The notes: generated from the sequence alone by a model not told the origin. A stretch of DNA of 64,000 nucleotides from Octopus sinensis (GCF_006345805.1 NC_042997.1:204538001-204602000); one strand, 5' to 3'. Shown: positions 1 through 12,144, counted from the stretch's first letter. Made by a program: numbers and translations.

Positions 1-32
1 ATAACTTCAACGATAACAACAGCTACAACTAT

Positions 33-67
<35 letters not shown>

Positions 68-93
68 CAGTAAATACAAATTTTGAAACTTAC

Positions 94-125
94 GCAACAC
101 GATCAGTCAGAGAAACTTCGGACAT
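94..125 (-). CDS. Putative first coding exon segment (MSEVSLTDRV..) of a gene continuing left of the window; the exon probably spans 94-243
   Basis: Minus strand: TAA ACG ATG TCC GAA GTT TCT CTG ACT GAT CGT GTT GC|GTAAGT. Consensus donor, A at -3, in-frame stop two codons upstream, no upstream ATG in the exon, non-repetitive sequence. Confidence 0.5.
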
Positions 126-244
126 CGTTTATAGCCCAGGTTTGGCTGATGGCTGCCACTGGTAAAACGTTAAGCTGGAGAGCTAGGAATGTGTCGGCTT
201 AGTATGAAGAAGGGAAGAACAAGAAAGAGGTGGTATATTCTATC

Positions 245-340
245 TGGAGAAAGATCACGCCTTCGCTTTTATAAGGTAGTAAGTAATACTGAACAGGTGT
301 GAGAGAAGTTAGGTAGTTGCAGAGTCTTCTTTTTGCGTCA
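245..340 (-). promoter_or_regulatory. Candidate core promoter (TATA + Inr-like site); alternatively a 3' splice acceptor
   Basis: TATAAAAG at 273-266, with CCAGAT 28 nt downstream (A at 245) and TGACGCAA at 340-333. The same site also reads as an acceptor, TCTTTCTCCAG|. Confidence 0.4.
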
Positions 341-382
341 TTCAATCAATCTCTGTGTAAACTAAATAAACAATAACAGATA

Positions 383-560
383 GGGAGCAGGAATGGCTGT
401 GCAGTTTAAAAGTTTAGTTGGCAGCTAAATGATTTTGGGTTCTATCCTGTGGCAAGGTGACACCGTGGGCACGTGTCTGTTACTATGGACTTGAGGTGAC
501 CAAAGCTTTGTGAGGTAGAAATAATTTCGGTAGACAGGAACTGTGAGGAATTTTGTCAGA
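383..560 (+). mobile_element. Degenerate CORE-like tRNA-derived SINE (family C2)
   Basis: Matches the head and body of copies at 4610 and 29145 (GGCTGTG.GGT..., ACCAAAGC.TTGTGAG, GGTAGAC.GGAACTG). Confidence 0.6.
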
Positions 561-699
561 GTCTGTTTTGTTGCAAGAATTTGGGTTGGCTGTCTGAGTA
601 TTTAATAACTTTCCAGTTTTCTCACATAAAATGTTAGTATTTCTGAAGAGGGCTTTGTGCACCCTGCTTCCACTTTTGAATTAGCCATTAACAAGAAAT

Positions 700-700
700 G

Positions 701-754
<54 letters not shown>

Positions 755-859
755 AGAGGATTCTACTCCCACAAGCCTCCCAGGAATCATGGGTAGAGGA
801 AATGGATGGATGGACACACAAACACACTCATATCTATCTGTCTATCTATCTATCTATCT

Positions 860-904
<45 letters not shown>

Positions 905-905
905 A
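700..905. repeat. (TA)n and (TCTA)n microsatellites
   Basis: Direct reading. Confidence 0.95.
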
Positions 906-973
906 GATGATGATGACAAATACATTCATGTACACTTGATATATAAATACACACACATGTATATATAAATGTA

Positions 974-1027
<54 letters not shown>

Positions 1028-1108
1028 TAATAGATACTATATAGATATATATATATAATTATAATTATGTTTTTGCAAAGAACTGTATATACATATACAT
1101 ACATACAC

Positions 1109-1141
<33 letters not shown>

Positions 1142-1239
1142 TGTATGTATGTACATATATATATATATATATGCACAGTTCTTTGCAAAAACATAATTAT
1201 AAATATATATATGTATCTACATAGTATCTATTATGTGTG

Positions 1240-1290
<51 letters not shown>

Positions 1291-1345
1291 CATACACACA
1301 CATACATTTATATATACGTACATGAATGTATATGTCATCATCATC
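906..1345. repeat. Diverged inverted repeat (arms about 906-1086 and 1175-1345) containing microsatellites
   Basis: GATGATGATGACAAATACATTCATGTAC mirrors GTACATGAATGTATATGTCATCATCATC; GTTTTTGCAAAGAACTGT mirrors ACAGTTCTTTGCAAAAAC. Confidence 0.9.
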
Positions 1346-1627
1346 GAACTTAATTATAGCCATGAAACGTACATAGTTTTTTTACTTATTATATTATTGA
1401 TTATTCATTTTTATACTTTTTGATATCTAGTTATATGTTTTATAAAAATATATTTGTTTTTTATGTTTTGGTTTCTGTCTATCACTGTTTGAATTGCCTA
1501 ATAGTGGTTTTATCTCTAATCTATATTTTATATATTTATATTGTAAAATTTGATTTAATACTAAATTGAATTTTCCCTTGTAAGTTTGGAGTTATATTTC
1601 CTAATATTATTATCATTGTATGTATGC

Positions 1628-1673
<46 letters not shown>

Positions 1674-1690
1674 TTGTGTGTATATATATA

Positions 1691-2490
1691 TTCTCTTCCT
1701 TCAGGGGAACCGCTCACAGCCTCTAACAATATCAGAGACCTGGGTGTAATTGTTGATGAGGATCTCAGTTGGAGTGCACACATCAACAATAAGGTCAATA
1801 TAGCTCGTAGGATGAGTTCCTGGATCTTAAGAACTTTCCGGTCCAGAGAACAAGGTGTCATCATACCACTTTTCTCCTCCTTTGTACGGCCACACCTCGA
1901 ATACTGCTACCCACTGTGGTCTCCCCATACAAGCCAAAACATCTCGAGGATTGAATCACCCCAGAGGGCACTCACCAAACGAATTGAAGGCATGGCTGCT
2001 CTCGATTATTGGGACCGCCTTAAAACCTTGAAACTCTACTCTCTCCAGCGTCGCTGTGAGCGGCACATCATTTGTACGATGTGGAGAATATACCGCCAAC
2101 TTTGCCCAAACGACCTGAACATTAGCTTCAAGGTTCATCCAAGACTGGGACCACAGGCCATATGTCCCCTGCCCAATTCAAGATCACAGCATACATGTAC
2201 ACTGCAACATAATTTCTTTTCCTCAACAGGCCCTGCCCTATTTAACATTGTCCCAAAAGAAATCAAAGAGGAAAAGGATCCCATCAACTTTAAATGGAGT
2301 CTGGATAGATTCCTTCAAGGAATACCAGATAAGCCACCCATAATTGGATACAACTCACCCAACAAAAACTCACTACTTGAATGGACCATAAACAAAACTT
2401 GAATTAAACGGGATTTAGATAATCCTATCAGGTGGTGCTATTAAGTTAGACATGGCCTGGACCAATCTTTGGTCGAAACATATCTAAGTT
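1691..2490 (+). mobile_element. 5'-truncated CR1/L2-group LINE (RT C-terminal region + 3'UTR)
   Basis: The ORF to 2402 contains DLGVIVDEDLSWSAHIN, VRPHLEYCYPLWSP and LYSLQRR, typical of the CR1/L2 ORF2 end. Confidence 0.9.
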
Positions 2491-2542
2491 TTATATGTAT
2501 GTACATATATGTATGTATATATATATATGTGTGTGTGTGTGC

Positions 2543-2573
<31 letters not shown>

Positions 2574-2959
2574 TATGTATTATATATATATTAATCAAAC
2601 ATACAGTATTATTGATCTTTTTCAGCTGATGTTAGCAATCAGTTTCACACTAGCTATTATATACCTTCATATTGGATAACAGTGCAGCTATCCAAAAAGT
2701 ATGTGTTCTTCATCTCTGAGGAGTAAGGGGTACTGGATTGTTACTCCATTATCTAAAACCCAGTATAAAACAGATTGGTAATTTCGGCAGTAAACAGATT
2801 TAAAATGCTGTATACTTTGTGCATGCTAATTTTTTGATTCATCAATTCTTAGTTCAGATTAGGAGTGGGGTTATGCACCGTTGCAGTGCATTGTTGCATT
2901 TACCATTTGTCGGTATATTCCTGAGTCCCAGTCACTTCCTGTCTCCTCAAGATACCTCC

Positions 2960-3420
2960 TCATCTGCTGTGACCATGTGGGGAACTGACATATACTGTCA
3001 ACCCACCTGGATTCTTAGTGTAGAGAACACTGAGTAGGATCTAGCTTGGAAAATTGTGCAACATGGCCAAACAGTCCTGAATCATGCAAGTAACAGGATG
3101 CATCTCAGTTTCTGAGTGAGATTCATAGTGGCATTAGCTGTGCATCTGAAGTCCTAAAAAGGCTTGGATAAGCTGGTGCAGTTATGGACTCATTGAATAA
3201 GGACATTTGGTACTGTCATTATCTGAGTAGGAGGACAAATGTTTGGACCTTTAGGTCATTGGTCCTGCCTGTTCTGCTCTATAGTTGTGAGATTAGGACA
3301 CTGTCCAGGACTCTTAGGAACCTTCTGAATTCCTTTGATACCAGAATGTTTCAGAATTATGGGTTACCATTGGTTGAATTTTGTACCCAACCAGCAACTT
3401 TATTCAGAATTCAGAGGTTA
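2960..3420 (+). mobile_element. Degenerate RTE-clade LINE fragment
   Basis: LNKDIW..LSRRT...FRSLVLPVLLYSCE motif of the RTE RT C-terminus, with stops and frameshifts. Confidence 0.75.
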
Positions 3421-3600
3421 GGGAATCGAGCTTCCATATAGTCCTGTATGGTGTTCCATCTCTTTTTAAATACCATATGTAGTTGGCCAAAGACGTAACG
3501 TTGTGCCTTTCTAGGATCCTAAAACAGGGTCTGTGGTTATTTAGTTGCTGCTTAAAAGGAACCTTAATTGTTCCAACATATTTCTGTGTATATGTCCTTA
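3420..3600 (-). mobile_element. Penelope-like element, GIY-YIG endonuclease fragment
   Basis: YVGTIKVPFKQQLNNHR...TSLANYIWYLKRDGTPY.TIWK resembles the PLE GIY-YIG domain. Confidence 0.7.
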
Positions 3601-3784
3601 GGTTATTGGTGCTTCTATTGTTGTTGTTGTTATTGCCTCTATCACTGCCTTTGTTGCTGTAACTGTTGAACATATTGCTGGTGCTGCTGCTGTTATCATT
3701 GCTGCTGCTGTTACTGCCAGACTTGTTGCTGATGCAGTTGTTGTTGCTGTTGCTGCTGATGTTGATGTTGATGTTGAGCAAAGC

Positions 3785-4140
3785 AGTCTTTATCCCCTTG
3801 GGAGAAGTCCGAAACGTGGTCCTTTGCTATTCGTAAGACCCGCAGAAGAGAAAGCAGGTCACCCCCCCCCCCCCCCGACACCGAGAGCATCGACGGATGG
3901 ATGACTGCGCATCCAGGCTCAGCGGTTGCGTAGCAAGTCGGGGACAAGATACAGGCAGAAAGAGTGATAGAAAGTTGGAGCAAAAGAGTACAACAGGGGT
4001 CGCCACCACCCCCTGCTGGAGCCTCGTGGAGCTTTAGGTGTTTTCGCTCAATAAACACACACAACACCCGGTCTGGGAATCGAAACTGTGATCCTCCTAC
4101 TGCGAGTCTGCTGCCCTAACCACTGGGCCATTGCACCTCC
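3785..4140 (-). mobile_element. tRNA-derived SINE (family G) inserted into a (GTT/GCT)n tract
   Basis: Minus head GGAGGTGCAATGGCCCAGTGGTTAGGG..GTTTCGATTCCC has A/B boxes. Homologous to 30715-31020. Triplet repeats on both sides. Confidence 0.8.
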
Positions 4141-4609
4141 TGCTGTTGCTGCTGCTATCACAGCCATTGCTGCTGTTACTGCCTGACTTGTTGCTGATGC
4201 TCTTGTTGTTGTTGTTATTGTTGCTGCTGTAACTGGCAGACACCACCTCTGCTTCATAGACCACAACCTAAGAGTGGCATCAAGCACCCACTGGGCATTC
4301 ACTGTTAACCCTAGATGAACATCCTACCTCTGTGTGAGGTTTAGGGGTGTTCACTAAAATCTTTTTAACACTGGGTGCATAGCTGAATGAGATCCTTAAT
4401 TTGTGTCTATTAGATAATTTGTGCTCTATAGTTACCCTGCTGGCTGTGCACATATACGCAGCCATAGAAGTCATAAAAGATACTCTCTTTACAGATGTGA
4501 AATTATTCGATCTTGGTTACAACAATGATAAGAATATATGTGTGTGTGCGTGCATGTGTGTGTGTGTGTGTGTGTGTATTTATATACACATTTATGAATT
4601 TAGAAATAT

Positions 4610-4925
4610 AGGCATGACTGTGTGGTAAGACTCCTTTCTTTCTAAACACATGGTTCCGAGTTCAGTCTTCTACTATAGCCAACCAAAGCCTTCTGAGTGG
4701 ATTTGGTAGACGGAAACTGAAAGATGCTCGTCATATATATATATATATATATATATATGTTTGTGTGTCTGTGTTTGTCCCCCTGTCATCACTTGACAAC
4801 TTAGTAGTTCAGCAAAAGATAGAATAAGTACAAAGAATAAGTACTGGTGTCAATTTCTTTGACTAAAGGCAGTGCTCCAGCATGGCCACAGTCAAATGAC
4901 TGAAACAAATAAAAGAATAAAGAAT
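4610..4925 (+). mobile_element. CORE-like SINE family C2 with internal microsatellite; a further degenerate copy lies at about 4950-5205
   Basis: Shared body GTGGATTTGGTAGACGGAAACTGAAAGA and tail GCTCCAGCATGGCCACAGTCAAATGACTGAAAC, also seen at 29145-29670 and 62010-62400. Confidence 0.8.
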
Positions 4926-5243
4926 ATACACACACACACACACAAGTAGGCATAGTATGAATGAATGGTTTAGTTCACTTTGCAATAATGAGGTCCTGGT
5001 TTCAATTCTGCTGCATGGCATCTTGGAGGAAGTGTCATTTTCTACAACCTTGGGTTGCCCCATACCTTTGAAGTGAAACTGAGTAAACGGAAACTGTACT
5101 GAAGCTATGTGGTGTCTTGGGCAAGTGGTTTCTACTGTAGCCTTGGGATAACCAAAGCCTTGTGAGGTGGATTTGGTAGACAGAAACTGAAAGAAGCCTG
5201 TCATATGTGTATAGTGTGTGTGTGTGTGTGTGTAGCATGTGTA

Positions 5244-5281
<38 letters not shown>

Positions 5282-5334
5282 TAGCATGTGTATAGTGTGT
5301 GTGTGTGTGTGTGTGTGTTTGTGTATGACAGGAG

Positions 5335-5575
5335 ATGGTATGACCAGGGGCGGCACCTGACTCTATTGCCTGGCAAGATTTCTGCAGCTGGTTGCCCTAC
5401 AGCTTGATGTCAACCACTTTACAGAGTGTACTGCATGCTTTTTTTGTAGCCCATGCCACTGTTTTTATATGGCACCAGCACCAGTGACTTTTTCATGGCA
5501 CCAGCACGGTCGCTTTTTATGTAGAACCAGTAGCAGGGCTTTTTACATGGCACTAGCATCTCTCATTGACATGTT
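5335..5575 (-). mobile_element. Diverged SINE-A variant with short (about 22-25 bp) subrepeats
   Basis: GCAGCTGGTTGCCCT..CAACCACT tail homology; repeated TTTTT.ATGGCACCAGCA units. Confidence 0.55.
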
Positions 5576-6214
5576 TCAATGGTTCATTATCGTGTACATG
5601 CTAAGACAACTCTCATTGTGAAGTTCCACAGGGATACCTCTTAATGTTCTCAAAATGACCCTGTAGAGACATGATAATTCTAATTTTGGTACAAAGCCAG
5701 TAATTTTGAGAGAAGTGGATTAGTTGATGTCATCAACCCCAATACTTGAGCAGTACCTTTTTACACTGACCCTCAAAAGACGAAAGGTAACATTGACTTC
5801 TGCAGCATTTGAATTCAGAACAAAATTCAAATAAAAATAGATTCAAGAATATTTATAAGTTACAATTGCCACAAATTTTTGAAATTGTCATACTAATTTC
5901 TTGTGTTCAGAAATTGACAAACAAGAAGTAAAAAGAACAGGAACGTTTAAAACAAAAGACAGAAAAAAGCTGAATGTCAGAATTATTATTTTCAAAATAT
6001 AAAGAATTCAATGCATTGAACACTCCAGATGTCATAATGGGCTTTTTAAATGAGTGCCACTAATTTTTTTATTTCTAGTAACAAAGATTTTAAGTTATTA
6101 TTTTGTATATCCTTAGTTTATAGAATCTATTTCATTGAGATATTTACTAATGAGTTTCTGTCTCTATTCTTCAACAACTTAGTTTTTACATATCAATATT
6201 TAGTTCAAAACAAT

Positions 6215-6745
6215 AAAGGAAAACAGAGAAATGGTGGTAGTTGAGGCAATCCAGTGAAGCTACACAAAGAGGATTGTCTCAATGCAACAGGTGAGCCACT
6301 GGGAAAGGCTGTAAAAGTTAAGACTCTACTCATTAGAATGAAGGCAAGAAAGATATGCTGTGATATACAAATGGAACTTCTTGGAAGGACTTGTTCCAGC
6401 CATTGCATAGTGCCAAAAATCCCAACATCACCATCAAGATACAGGACCAGACACTTCGACAACTTGGAGTTCAAAAGTCCACAGCTCTTTGGTATCTTCT
6501 CAAAAACCCTGAGAAACCTATATGGGGTGGATGTAGGTGTCTTCAAAACAAAACTTGATCTCTTCCTGTCAAGAGTTCTGGATAAACCTACCTCATGGCA
6601 GGAAACACAGATGAGGGCAGCAACATCTAACTCCCTCTTTCACCAAATTCCACATATCAGAAGTGGTTTCAAATGGTGAAAGTAAAGCAAAGCTAATGGC
6701 GGTGTTCTAGCATGACTACAAGTCTAAATCTGAAACTAGTAAAAG
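6215..6745 (+). mobile_element. Degenerate CR1/L2-group LINE 3' fragment
   Basis: HWERL*KLRLYSLE*RQERY (frameshifted) and FKTKLDLFLSRVLDKP at the ORF2 end. Confidence 0.8.
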
Positions 6746-6826
6746 ATAAAAGATAAAGATAAATTAAATCATCATGCTGGTGTATGTATTATGTATATAT
6801 ATGTATGTGTGTGTGTGTGTGTGTGT

Positions 6827-6870
<44 letters not shown>

Positions 6871-6875
6871 TGTAT

Positions 6876-6972
6876 TTAGTTTTATTTCAAGATTTCTTGC
6901 CAATAGAGAAAGAGCTGGTTTCTAACCTAGATTCAAGGCTCCTTCATTGGAATTTCAACAACATCAACAGGG
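6876..6972 (-). mobile_element. About 100-bp dispersed repeat, probably a retroelement 3' end; other copies at 11850-11948 and 24945-25018
   Basis: TTTCAAGATTTCTTGCCA.TAGA.AAAGA..GTTTCTAACC.AGAT occurs three times, always next to (TATG)n/(TG)n. Confidence 0.7.
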
Positions 6973-6974
6973 CA

Positions 6975-7125
6975 TCTTGTAGTGGTTGGCATTAGGAAGG
7001 GCATCCAGCTGTAGAAACACTGCCAGATCAGACTGGAGCCTGGTGCAGCCTCCAGGCCTTCCAGACCCCTGTCAAACCGTTGAACCCATGATAGCATGGA
7101 AAACGGACGTTAAATGATGATAATG
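6975..7125 (+). mobile_element. SINE-A 3' tail
   Basis: GGCATTAGGAAGGGCATCCAGCTGTAGAAAC...CATGGAAAACGGACGTTAAATGATGAT. Confidence 0.85.
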
Positions 7126-7171
7126 ATATATATACACACATATATATTCATATACACATACAAACATATAT

Positions 7172-7237
<66 letters not shown>

Positions 7238-7425
7238 TGAATGTATATAAATGTATGTATGTATATTTTTGTGTGCATGTGTGTATGTATGTGTGTGTAT
7301 GTATGTATGTATGCACGTATGTATGTATGCATGTACATACATATGTGTGTGTGTATGTATGTATATATGTATCAATCTGTATATCTATCTATCTATCTCT
7401 ATTTCTCTCTATATATATACCTTTG

Positions 7426-7463
<38 letters not shown>

Positions 7464-7537
7464 TATACATACATTTATAAATGTACATACCTGTACATTT
7501 ATAATTCAATAAATAAATTACTTTGCTTTTACTTTTA

Positions 7538-7573
<36 letters not shown>

Positions 7574-7590
7574 ACACTCACACACACACT

Positions 7591-7622
<32 letters not shown>

Positions 7623-8010
7623 GTCATCCTTAATTCTAGTCAAGAGAAGCAAATTCTAGATGATAGAAGAAAGGCTATAAAGTATACCAAGATAGGCTGA
7701 GCTACTTTATATTTTTAGATTTCTTCTCTATAGCAAGTTGATGTTTTCTTTTTTTCTTTTCTTTCACTGTCTTCTGCTTCCTCACAAGTTGTTAAGATAG
7801 GAAGATGTTGCCTAGTGAGAAGGTACTAGAAGCTGGGAGAAAAGTTGTTTTAGTAGAATATCAAATTTTCCTCAGTTCTTCTCCTCCTCCTCATTGGTTC
7901 CCTCCTCTGCCCACTTCCATGCACAGCTGCATACCACAAATATCTAACTGTTCTATGCACGTATGCCTCTAACTTCTGGTAAATATGGCTATCAGCTATC
8001 TGCTCCTTAA

Positions 8011-8328
8011 TTACGTCAGATATGTCTCATACTTTCAACAGACTTTACACACACACACACAACACACACACACGTTACCTATTGACGTCACTTCCGTTTT
8101 TTCTCAATTTTCACTGACTTAACTTTCGCCAACTGCATGTTGAGAAACTCTAGAATGATGGTGGCTAGATAGATTATTGTCTAAAACCATTTAATTAAAT
8201 AGCCAGATTGATAGACAGATAGTGGGTAAAACTTTAGTTACAGTAAACAATGATTTTTGAAAGCTAATCTTGAAGCTTCCACTGTGAATAAACTATATTT
8301 TAGTGTGACGTCATTACTTCTATAAATA
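8011..8328. promoter_or_regulatory. CRE/ATF and ETS motif cluster (candidate promoter or enhancer)
   Basis: TTACGTCA at 8011-8018; TGACGTCACTTCCG at 8083-8096 (ETS-CRE composite); TGACGTCA at 8306-8313; TATAAATA at 8321-8328; non-repetitive sequence. Confidence 0.5.
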
Positions 8329-8615
8329 GTACACTTGATTAAATGGCAAAGAACGAAGGTAAAGGCTTTGAAAGCTGGTAAAACCAAAAAGTGTTTCATT
8401 AATAAACAAGATTAGTCAGGAAAAACATTTACGCCTACAAAACTATCTTTGCCAATATTCCATTGTGGATAGTAACATGTAAGATCATTTGAAGGGTATT
8501 TATTTCAAAAGTTTTAAGCAAAAAGTCAAGCTATAGCTATGGATGTGTATGTGTGTATAGCTTATATGTAGCATCATCTTGACTAATAACGTATATATAT
8601 ATATATATATATATA

Positions 8616-9482
8616 CATGGTGCGGTGAATAAACTGTTGTCTAAATTAACGCAAAAATGAAAATAACACTGACATCTCACTGATACATTTAACTGATATA
8701 TTAACTAAAATTACATAAATATATCTTGAAATACTAAAGAGTAAATTTCTTCAATAAAATCACAATTGGCTTCAACCACGGCCTCCAGATGACTTCAGAA
8801 CCTCCTGCAGCTCTCCTGGGTGGTCTCCTTGTTTAAGTTGGTGAATGCTGCCATAATCCTTGCCTTCAGTCATCTTTGGTGTTACGAGGAGTTTTGTTGG
8901 TCTCTCGCTCAACTGTGCCCCACACATAATAATCAAGATGGTTGCAGTCTGGGGAGTTAGATGGTCAGATGTAGCCACAGAAATTATCTGACAGCCATGA
9001 CTGGGTTCTTCTGCTTGTGTGACATGGTGCAGAGTCCTGTTGCCAGACAGGGGTCTTCCAGCAGCCACCCTCTTGACCCAGGGTAGCACTGTCTCTTCCA
9101 GGCACTTGATGTGGGACCCCATGTTGAGTTTGAGGCCATGTGGGAAGATGAATGGAGGCATAACGTCGCCATCAATAGTTATCACTCCAAACACCATGAT
9201 GTTGATTGGATGTTTGATTTTTATCATTCTCATGTCCTCAGATTGCACTGTCCTCAGATTGACACCCAAACACTCTGAAATGTTCATATAGGAGCTTTCT
9301 ACATGAATGCCAAGCAATGCAACATGTCGTTTCCTGATTTCTGGTAGACTGTTTTTCTCACAGACAGTGCCCAACTGACCTTACTATACTGTGTAGTTCA
9401 CAAAATCAAAATCAAAAACAAACAATGCACATGTGTGAAATTAAAAATATAAAATGGCGACAATTTACCCAATTTTACCCTG
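8616..9482 (-). mobile_element. Internally deleted Tc1/mariner transposon (maT/DD37D-like)
   Basis: TA-flanked degenerate TIRs (CATGGTGCGGTGAATAAACTGT and CAGGGTAAAATTGGGTAAATTGT). Transposase remnants IMVFGVIT.DGDVMPPFIF, WQQDSAPCH and NSPDCNHLDYYVW. The exact D-D spacing is obscured by a deletion. Confidence 0.85.
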
Positions 9483-9704
9483 TAACAGAGACTACGAAAC
9501 TGTAGCCAGTGAGGAGGGACACAGCAGACATGCTGACTGCATCTGCCTGCCATAATTTATCGGACAACTGCAAAACATGATGAAAGATCTAAGCAAGGGA
9601 ATATAGCATTGGTGAGAGAGATGAGTGTTGAAGTTACTACTATAAAGCTGGTCCTGAATGAGGATTTAGGCCACCACTTGTACAAGAGGTCATCCTCATC
9701 ATCA

Positions 9705-9968
9705 TCAACATCATCATCATCATCATTGTCATCGTTTAACGTCCGTTTTCTATGCTAGCATGGGTTGGATGGTTCGACCAGGCACCAGTCTGATCTGGCA
9801 GTGTTTCTACAGCTGGATGCCCTTCCTAACGCCAACCACTCCGTGAGTGTAGTGGGTGCTTTTTACATGCCACCAGCACAGGGGCCAGAGGAGGCTGGCA
9901 AATGGCCACGATCGGATGGTGCTTTTACATGTCACCAACATGGATGCCAGTCAGGTGACGCTGGCATT
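9705..9968 (-). mobile_element. SINE-A copy
   Basis: (CAT)n then CGTTTAACGTCCGTTTTC..GCTAGCATGGGTTGGA..GCTGGATGCCCTTCCTAACGCC plus subrepeats. Confidence 0.9.
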
Positions 9969-9974
9969 TAATGT

Positions 9975-10200
9975 GTCAGCTAAGGAGAGATGCTTAGTGA
10001 ATGTAAAGAAGTACCGGAATAATCGGAGGCATATTGTTGAGTCAGGAACAAATTGGTTCTTCTCAGATGAAAAGAACTTGTCAGGACCATTTGTGCAATG
10101 CTCAGAACAATAGGCTTATTTACAATCCATATGATGCCCCACGTATCATGGGAAGCGAGTTCCCTCAAACTGTGATGGTCTTTGGGTGATGGTCTTCCAG
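9975..10200 (+). mobile_element. Tc1/mariner (maT-like) transposase fragment
   Basis: WFFSDEKN ... NAQNNR ... FPQTVMVFG motifs across a frameshift. Confidence 0.7.
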
Positions 10201-10634
10201 TGAGAGTGATGCATCATTTTGCCACTCAGTATAGAAGGAAGTGAAACAACAATAGAGAATGAATGAGTGGAAGGATGCTCAGTTTATCTGTCACACAAAC
10301 ATCACAGTCTGAATGTAGGAGAGTGTCAATGACAATAGAAAGTGAGTGACAGCAGGGGAAGTAAAATGATAATGAGTGGTAAGATGATGTGTCAGTCACC
10401 CTGTCCAGAGTAAGAAACAGGGAAAGAGAGAGTTAGAGAGATGGAATTTAAATGATAGCATGTTGATGTAGAGGTATAACAAGTTGGAGTGACCATCACC
10501 AGTGATAGACAATGCAATTAAGGAATAATTAATGATTCAAAACTGGATGGCACGAATTATTCATTTTATATATATATACATAGATCCAGCCAGACAAACA
10601 CAAAGATACATACATACATACATACATACATACA

Positions 10635-11165
10635 TGGTGGCTGTCCCCTCGTTATCGAGTATGGCCATTGCACGAAGCTTAATCAATGTTGTTATCGTGC
10701 AATGCCTGTGCAAGAAGACTTTTTCTAAAGTGAGGAAAGGTCATGCACTAAGTCAATCCCACTCACTAAGCAGCAGCAGCCATAGTCTGAAAAGAAGAAC
10801 AAGTCAACATCATCAGTAACCACTGAGCTGCAGGTTTTATGTCGGAGTTATCCCAGTTACCTGAATTACCTTCTCCTAGAGGGATGCCCTAACAAAGGCT
10901 AGGAGTCCTTCACTCCCAATGGTTTAACCGCGCAATCGGGTATTCAGTTACTTTCGAGTGCTACTGGTAACATGCAACCCAGTACAACCTGTTGCATGGT
11001 CGGGTCGTCGGCGACTAAACCGGCAACCCCCTAAGCTTGCTTGGTGAGTAGGGTGTTTATTGGATACCCTGCGGGATGAAAAACAAAACCCGTCAAAGGG
11101 CGGAGGAACTCTTGAGAGTCAATGGCCATCCAATAAATGTCTTAAGGATGTATCATACGCGGGGA
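10635..11165 (-). mobile_element. Probable non-autonomous RTE-derived element (5'UTR-like sequence + short 3' end + (ATGT)n tail)
   Basis: Minus strand has TAGCCTTTGTTAGGGCATCCCTCTAGGAGAAGG, resembling RTE 5'UTR motifs; CpG-rich; ends in a tetranucleotide tail; no ORF. Confidence 0.45.
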
Positions 11166-12006
11166 CATAGAAATAATTGGACATACATACATGCATACAT
11201 AAATGCATGCATTCATACATGCATTATGAACATTTCCTGTGTTTTATCTTTAATTTTCTCATCATTTTTTAATAAACCACAATAATATAGAATATATATA
11301 TTTTTGTGATAAACATTATCACAAAAAACAAACACTGCTTTTCTTTTTTGCAGAAAGCTTTCTCTATAATTAGAATTGCCATCATGTTTTATGATGTCCA
11401 CAAACAAGTCTATAAAGATATTTACCTTCTTCGTTCTGCCTTCCCAGTTATGGCTGTGTCAGCATGGTCATCCATCAGTTCACTCTGGCAGCATACAGGG
11501 ATTAGCCTGCAGTTTGTGAGTAACTGTAACAAACAAAACCAACATTGAATCCAGAAGCTAACATAACATTTGATGAAAGGAATATCAAACTTCTAATTAG
11601 AAAAAATTATACGATGTGATGAAAGACTTAATGACTCATATTATTTAATTATTTAGACAAATATGGGAGACAACTCTGGACCTCTTTTGGTTGGTCTTAT
11701 TATGACCTCATTAGTGGAATATAAATTTACACCAGCTACTAGCTTTTTAATATTTCTTTTACTGGTTTCAGTCAATAGACAGGATATATTGTGTATGTAT
11801 GAATGAATGTATGTATGTAAGTATGCATACACACATACATACATGCATTATTCAGTTTTATTTCAAGATTTCTTGCCAATAGAAAAAGAGTCAGTTTCTA
11901 ACCTAGATCCAAGGTTCCTTCATTGGAATTTCATGATCAACAACAGGGTATGTATGTATGTATGTATGTATGTATGTATGTATGTATGTATGTATGTATG
12001 TATGTA

Positions 12007-12051
<45 letters not shown>

Positions 12052-12144
12052 ATGCATGCATGTATATGTGCAGATTTGTATGTTTTGTTTATGTATGTAT
12101 TCTCATGCAAAAACTTACATATCTAGACATGCTCATATATATTT

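Noticed and set aside
94-125. Resemblance of MSEVSLTDRV to the PICALM/AP180 N-terminus (MSGQSLTDRI)
   Set aside because: Ten residues are too few and the early intron is not what I recall for that family; no gene symbol assigned.
10850-11160. Possible HDV-like ribozyme in the RTE-like 5'UTR
   Set aside because: I could not build a nested double pseudoknot with a proper L3 by eye; it needs a covariance-model search.
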